Assembly (NCBI GenBank): GCA_009914755.4
Contig: CP068257.2
Span: forward strand, 9,088,001-9,152,000
Length of the DNA: 64,000 bases
From: the human T2T-CHM13v2.0 reference genome, Homo sapiens
Reading direction: 5' to 3'
Part shown: positions 59,839 through 64,000 of the stretch, one piece after another
How positions within the stretch are numbered: the stretch's first letter is position 1
How the letters are laid out: each line of letters begins with the position of its first letter
The notes under the pieces: model-generated
Database searches by the model: none
What the model saw: the letters and a program-made list of their open reading frames with translations, nothing else
What the model was told of the DNA's origin: nothing
Program-made: the position numbers and the translations under genes

Positions 59839-61041
59839 AAACTGATCACTAGCGGTAGAGCCTTTTCATTCTGTTCACTTCTTAAAAGGTCAGCTTGGTC
59901 AGATATCAGTGCTACCCTGCCAGAAATAAGCGGTTAGGAATCAAGTAAAGGAGTCAGCTAAAAGTGTAATTACTAAGTAGTGAGGTCACAGCTCGATGGT
60001 TGTTGATCTCATTTTCTCTCTGCTGCTGATTTCAAGGCTTTATACCGTGTTTTGATATAACAGAATGTATACTATGAAGGACAAATAGTCTGTTAGCTTC
60101 TTGGAGCTATACTCCATTACTGGAGCAGGGGACAACAATTTGAAGGACATTACTACTTAGACAGTTTAATCTGCCTTTGGCTAGAATAAACTTCAAGTTC
60201 CAAGGGCTGGGTTCAGTTGTTATGCAAATTTAGATTGTTGTGGTAAAATTTCCAAAACAAAAAGGATAGGACTCTTTAGATGAAATAAGAATTTAACTGT
60301 ATTTGAACCCTGTTGAAGGCCAGACAAGTTTAGGCAAAATCCCATGACTGAATACTCTTTGATGAGTCCCTTTAAATTCCAACATATAATCTATGTTGGT
60401 AAATATGATACATGCACTGGAAAAGGATGTGTATTCAGTAGTTGTTGAGTGTCGGGTTATGTATATGTCAGTTTATGTCAAGTTCGTTCATTGTGTTCAT
60501 CAAATCTCCCTTTCTCTTATGGATTTTTTCTGTTGGTTCCATCGGTAATTGAAAGGTATGTTAAAATCTATATTGTAATTAGTCCATTTTTCTTTTAGTT
60601 ATATCAGTTTCTGTAGTAAATAATTTGAAGGGATATTTTATATTTATACATATTTAACATTGGCATACTTTTCTAGTGACTCACATTGTAAAATCTCTTT
60701 TATCTTAGCAATATTTCTTGGCTTAAGACTAAACTGTCAATAATAACATAGCAACACGAGCTTTGTGCTGATTAGTGTTTTCAGACATGTTTTCCACTGC
60801 TTTACTTCCAAATGTCTAGATTCTTGTATTCAGATAAATTAATTAAAACATAAAAAATAAATATAATATAAAACATTAAAAAGTAAATATTCTAAAAATC
60901 CAGCCAGAGATGTTTCACTTTTAATTGAAGTGTTTAGGACCACTACTCTCACACTGTGTGCTAAGGTGCCCTGAGATGCTGTGTTTAACTGACGGGCACC
61001 AGTGGATAGTGTGTGAGTATGTGTATGTGTGCGTTTGTATC

Positions 61042-61207
61042 TGAGATGGGGGTCTCACTCTGTCCCCCAGGCTGAAGTGGAGTGTGAGGTCTAGGCTCAC
61101 TGCAGCCTCTGCCTCCCTGAGTAGCTGGGACAACAGGCGTGCACCACCATTCCTGGCTAAGTTTTGTAATTTTAGTAGAGATGGGGTTTTGCCATGTTGC
61201 CCAGGAT
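61042..61207 (-). mobile_element. Alu partial (3' portion, diverged)
   Basis: 'tctgagatgggggtctcactctgtcccccaggctgaagtggagtgtgaggtctaggctcactgcagcctctgcctccctgagtagctgggacaacaggcgtgcaccaccattcctggctaagttttgtaattttagtagagatggggttttgccatgttgcccagg'. Confidence 0.85.
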
Positions 61208-61699
61208 GTATATTTTTGAGGGAAACAAAGCAACATTTGCTGGAGACCTTAAGAACTACTAGCCTGAGGCAGTTCATAGTTTCAAAAGTACTTAGTTAGA
61301 AGTGCATTTCTTTACCTTTAGGGTGGGTGTTGTTAATTACCACGAAGAAAGCAAGTATTGTGCTAAAGTCAGTGTGGAATAAGAATAAGGTCCAGTGGTT
61401 GAGATCCAGTCCGATTTTAAGATTTGAAAAGTTGTGCTGTGTGCCCAACAGGCACACACATCCCAATAGTAAGTAAATTGTGCTTTTTTAAGAAAGGAAC
61501 AAAAATACTGTTTCTACTTCCATTGCGTGTTATTTTGTATATGTACTTGCAAATACATCACCAAAATAAAAATAAAGAACATATCCAGCACTCAAAAAAG
61601 TTTCCCCTTGCCCTTTTATAATCCCAAACTTTCTGTATCTTCCTACCTTACCACACTCCCTGGCAATCACCAATCTGTCACTATAAAATAGTTTGCCTT

Positions 61700-62520
61700 G
61701 TGTAGACATTTATATAAATGAAGTGTAATATGCACCCTTTTTTGGAGGGGTCTGGCATTTTTCACACAGCATAATTATTTTGAGATTCAGCTATATTGCA
61801 GGCATCAATAGGTCATTAATTTTATGACTGAGTAGTATTCTATTGTGCAGATCGGTCACAACTTATATATCCATTTGCCTGTTGATGGGTTTTTGCATTG
61901 CTTCCGGTTTTGGACTTATACAAATACATTTGCAATGAACATTCATGTACATAAGTTCCTATAACTTTGAGTAAATATTAGGAGTGTAATAGCTAACAGG
62001 TTTAGGTTTAGTTTTAAGAGACTGTCAAAATGTTTGCCAAAATGGTTGTACCATTTTATATTTTTATCAGCAGTATATAAGAATTCCACACTCTTGCCAA
62101 CATTTTGTATGGGCCTTCTTTTAAAATTTTAGGCATTTTCATGTGTGTACAATAGTATTTTATTGTGGTTCCATAATGCCTAATAATATCTAGTATCTAT
62201 GTACTTACATGCCATCTGTATATATTTGGTAAAGTGTATGTTCACATTTTTTTGCTTCTCCCTTTTTTGTTTTATTCTTTGCTTATTTTCTCATTATTAA
62301 ATTTTAACAGTTTCTTTATATACTTTAGATTCAAATCCCTTATTAGATATGAGACTTGCCAGTATTTTCCCCTTGAGTTTTCTTTGTGTTCTCATAACAC
62401 TATCTTTCAGTTAGCAGATGCTCTCAATTTTGATGGGGTCAAATTTATTAATTGTTGTTTTGCATTTGGTTTTTGGGGCTTCATCTAAGATGTTTTTGAT
62501 TAATTGAATATTACAAATTT
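61700..62520 (-). mobile_element. LINE-1 3'-region fragment (old subfamily), antisense on + strand
   Basis: 'gactgagtagtattctattgtgcagatcggtcacaacttatatatccatttgcctgttgatgggtttttgcattgcttcc' and 'tgccaaaatggttgtaccattttatatttttatcagcagtatataagaattccacactcttgccaacattttgtatgg' match L1 antisense 3' motifs. Confidence 0.6.
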
Positions 62521-64000
62521 TCTTTATTTTCATCTCAAAGTTCATAGCTTTTAATACTTTATTTTATATTTAAGTCAATGGTCCTATAAGTGACAGAGCT
62601 TTAACCCAAGTCACTGTCATGCATAGCTGGACCCAGGGGCTTATATAAAATCATCAAGAAATGTTTTCCTTCTTTCTCTTGACACTTTTCCTTTTGTTTT
62701 AGCCTCATTTTTTCCTTCTGAAGATGACTCTCTTCTCTCTTTGTAGCAAGAGATAGTACTAGAAATAACCCACTTTACTTTGTCCTCACATACCACAGTG
62801 GTAGAAAAAGCAAGAGTCCTTCCTGATGATTCCAAAAAAATAGTACTGAAACAGTTGCTATGATCCAAGGGTAGAGTCTTTTGCCAGAACTTGGCATCAT
62901 GATCACCTCTAGGGCTGGGGCTTTTAGGTTGGGTCAGGCCTAGTTGGTGCTCATTGAAATGGTCCCCAAAGAAAAGGGGGGCTCTCAAGAGGAGAGTTGC
63001 TGAACACCCCACCAAAAAATAGCCACTGTGTACATACCTACAATTCCTTGCCAGTTTATAAGCAACTGGTTGGGTGGAAAATGACTAGAAATTCAGTTGT
63101 CATTAACTTTCCTTTATAATGTCAGTAGAATGAGCCATACATTTCACTTGTTGTGGGTTACGTCCATGATAGTCATTTCTGTATATTAGGTATCAATTTG
63201 GAGTATCATCTGAAGAAATATATTATTTTGTGATGTTATCCTTAAATTAATATTTTTAGGATAAAGATTTATAGGATGAAAGAAAAGTCTAGGATAGAAA
63301 TAAAAGAATAGAGAAAATGGGAGCATGGATATACTGCAGAAAATGGCCAAACAGGAAAAGTACTTGTGAGAGGTATTGAAGTACATAATTGATGTCACAT
63401 AGACCTCCAGGAAATTACAACTACTGGCATAAGAACAAACTATCTGAATAGTCTTTGCTAATACTGAGTCTTTTCTGCTTGCAAAAGTAGTAAGAATGGT
63501 AAGGAATTGGGACATTGTTCAGATAGGCCTCAATGCATTTGTTCATTTACCTGTTGATGGGGTTTGGGGGTATTAATGAAGGATGTTAATAAATAATAAT
63601 GGGCATGTTAGGTAATCATAACTGATTTGTCCATTTGGTCTGAAGAAAATGTTGCCTACCTTCTTTTTTGTCGAGGGATTCATTTTTAATGTCATGTTGG
63701 ATTATATGACTTACTAAATGTGTAATTGCCTATTTATGGATTCTGAAGAATTTTATAAAATGTATTTGCCAAACATTTTGAAAGCTTAGAACTTCTCCAA
63801 GGAAGAAGTTTTTTAGTGCTTTAGTGCTGCCCTGATAAATATGGTAGCCACAGCCATGTGAATATTGAGCATTTGAAATGTGGCTAGGCTGGAGTGAGAT
63901 GTGCTGTCAGGGTAAAACACACACCAGATTTTGAAGACTTAGTAGGAAATAAAATTAAACATATCTAATTAATAACTTTTATATTGGTTAGACATTGAAA

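Overview
This window reads as human (primate) genomic DNA. It contains no bacterial-style gene content; almost all of it is interspersed repeats and tandem repeats.

The first ~41 kb is extremely Alu-dense, with about 40 Alu copies, several inserted head-to-tail into each other's A-tails, plus old LINE-1 fragments. The last ~23 kb is GC-richer, Alu-poor and full of minisatellites.

The only recognisable protein-coding homology is to the N-terminus of nuclear receptor corepressor 1 (NCOR1). Two exon-like segments with intact splice sites (27365-27542 and 37537-37719, + strand) encode an NCOR1-like peptide carrying several substitutions and an in-frame TGA. I call this an unprocessed NCOR1 pseudogene (NCOR1P family); which paralogue it is cannot be determined here.

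The most unusual structure is at 6.8-10.4 kb: a large diverged palindrome centred near 8335. Its core is a near-perfect ~70-bp inverted repeat with six CCAAT/ATTGG boxes, an ATTTGCAT octamer and TATA-like boxes facing outward on both strands, like a bidirectional promoter. The two arms run into a 1.2-kb pyrimidine-rich minisatellite on one side and a G-rich ~40-bp tandem repeat on the other. An ~80-bp unit is repeated in both arms.

Other notable items are a ~2-kb 20-bp minisatellite (CCAGGTGGACATCAGGCC-like) with an internally inverted block, a (GGTGAT)n-type minisatellite that yields an artefactual His-rich ORF, and an orphan ~0.8-kb CpG island at 57.96-58.74 kb.

No tRNA, rRNA, snRNA or intact protein-coding gene could be supported. 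The long ORFs in the track are essentially all repeat artefacts.
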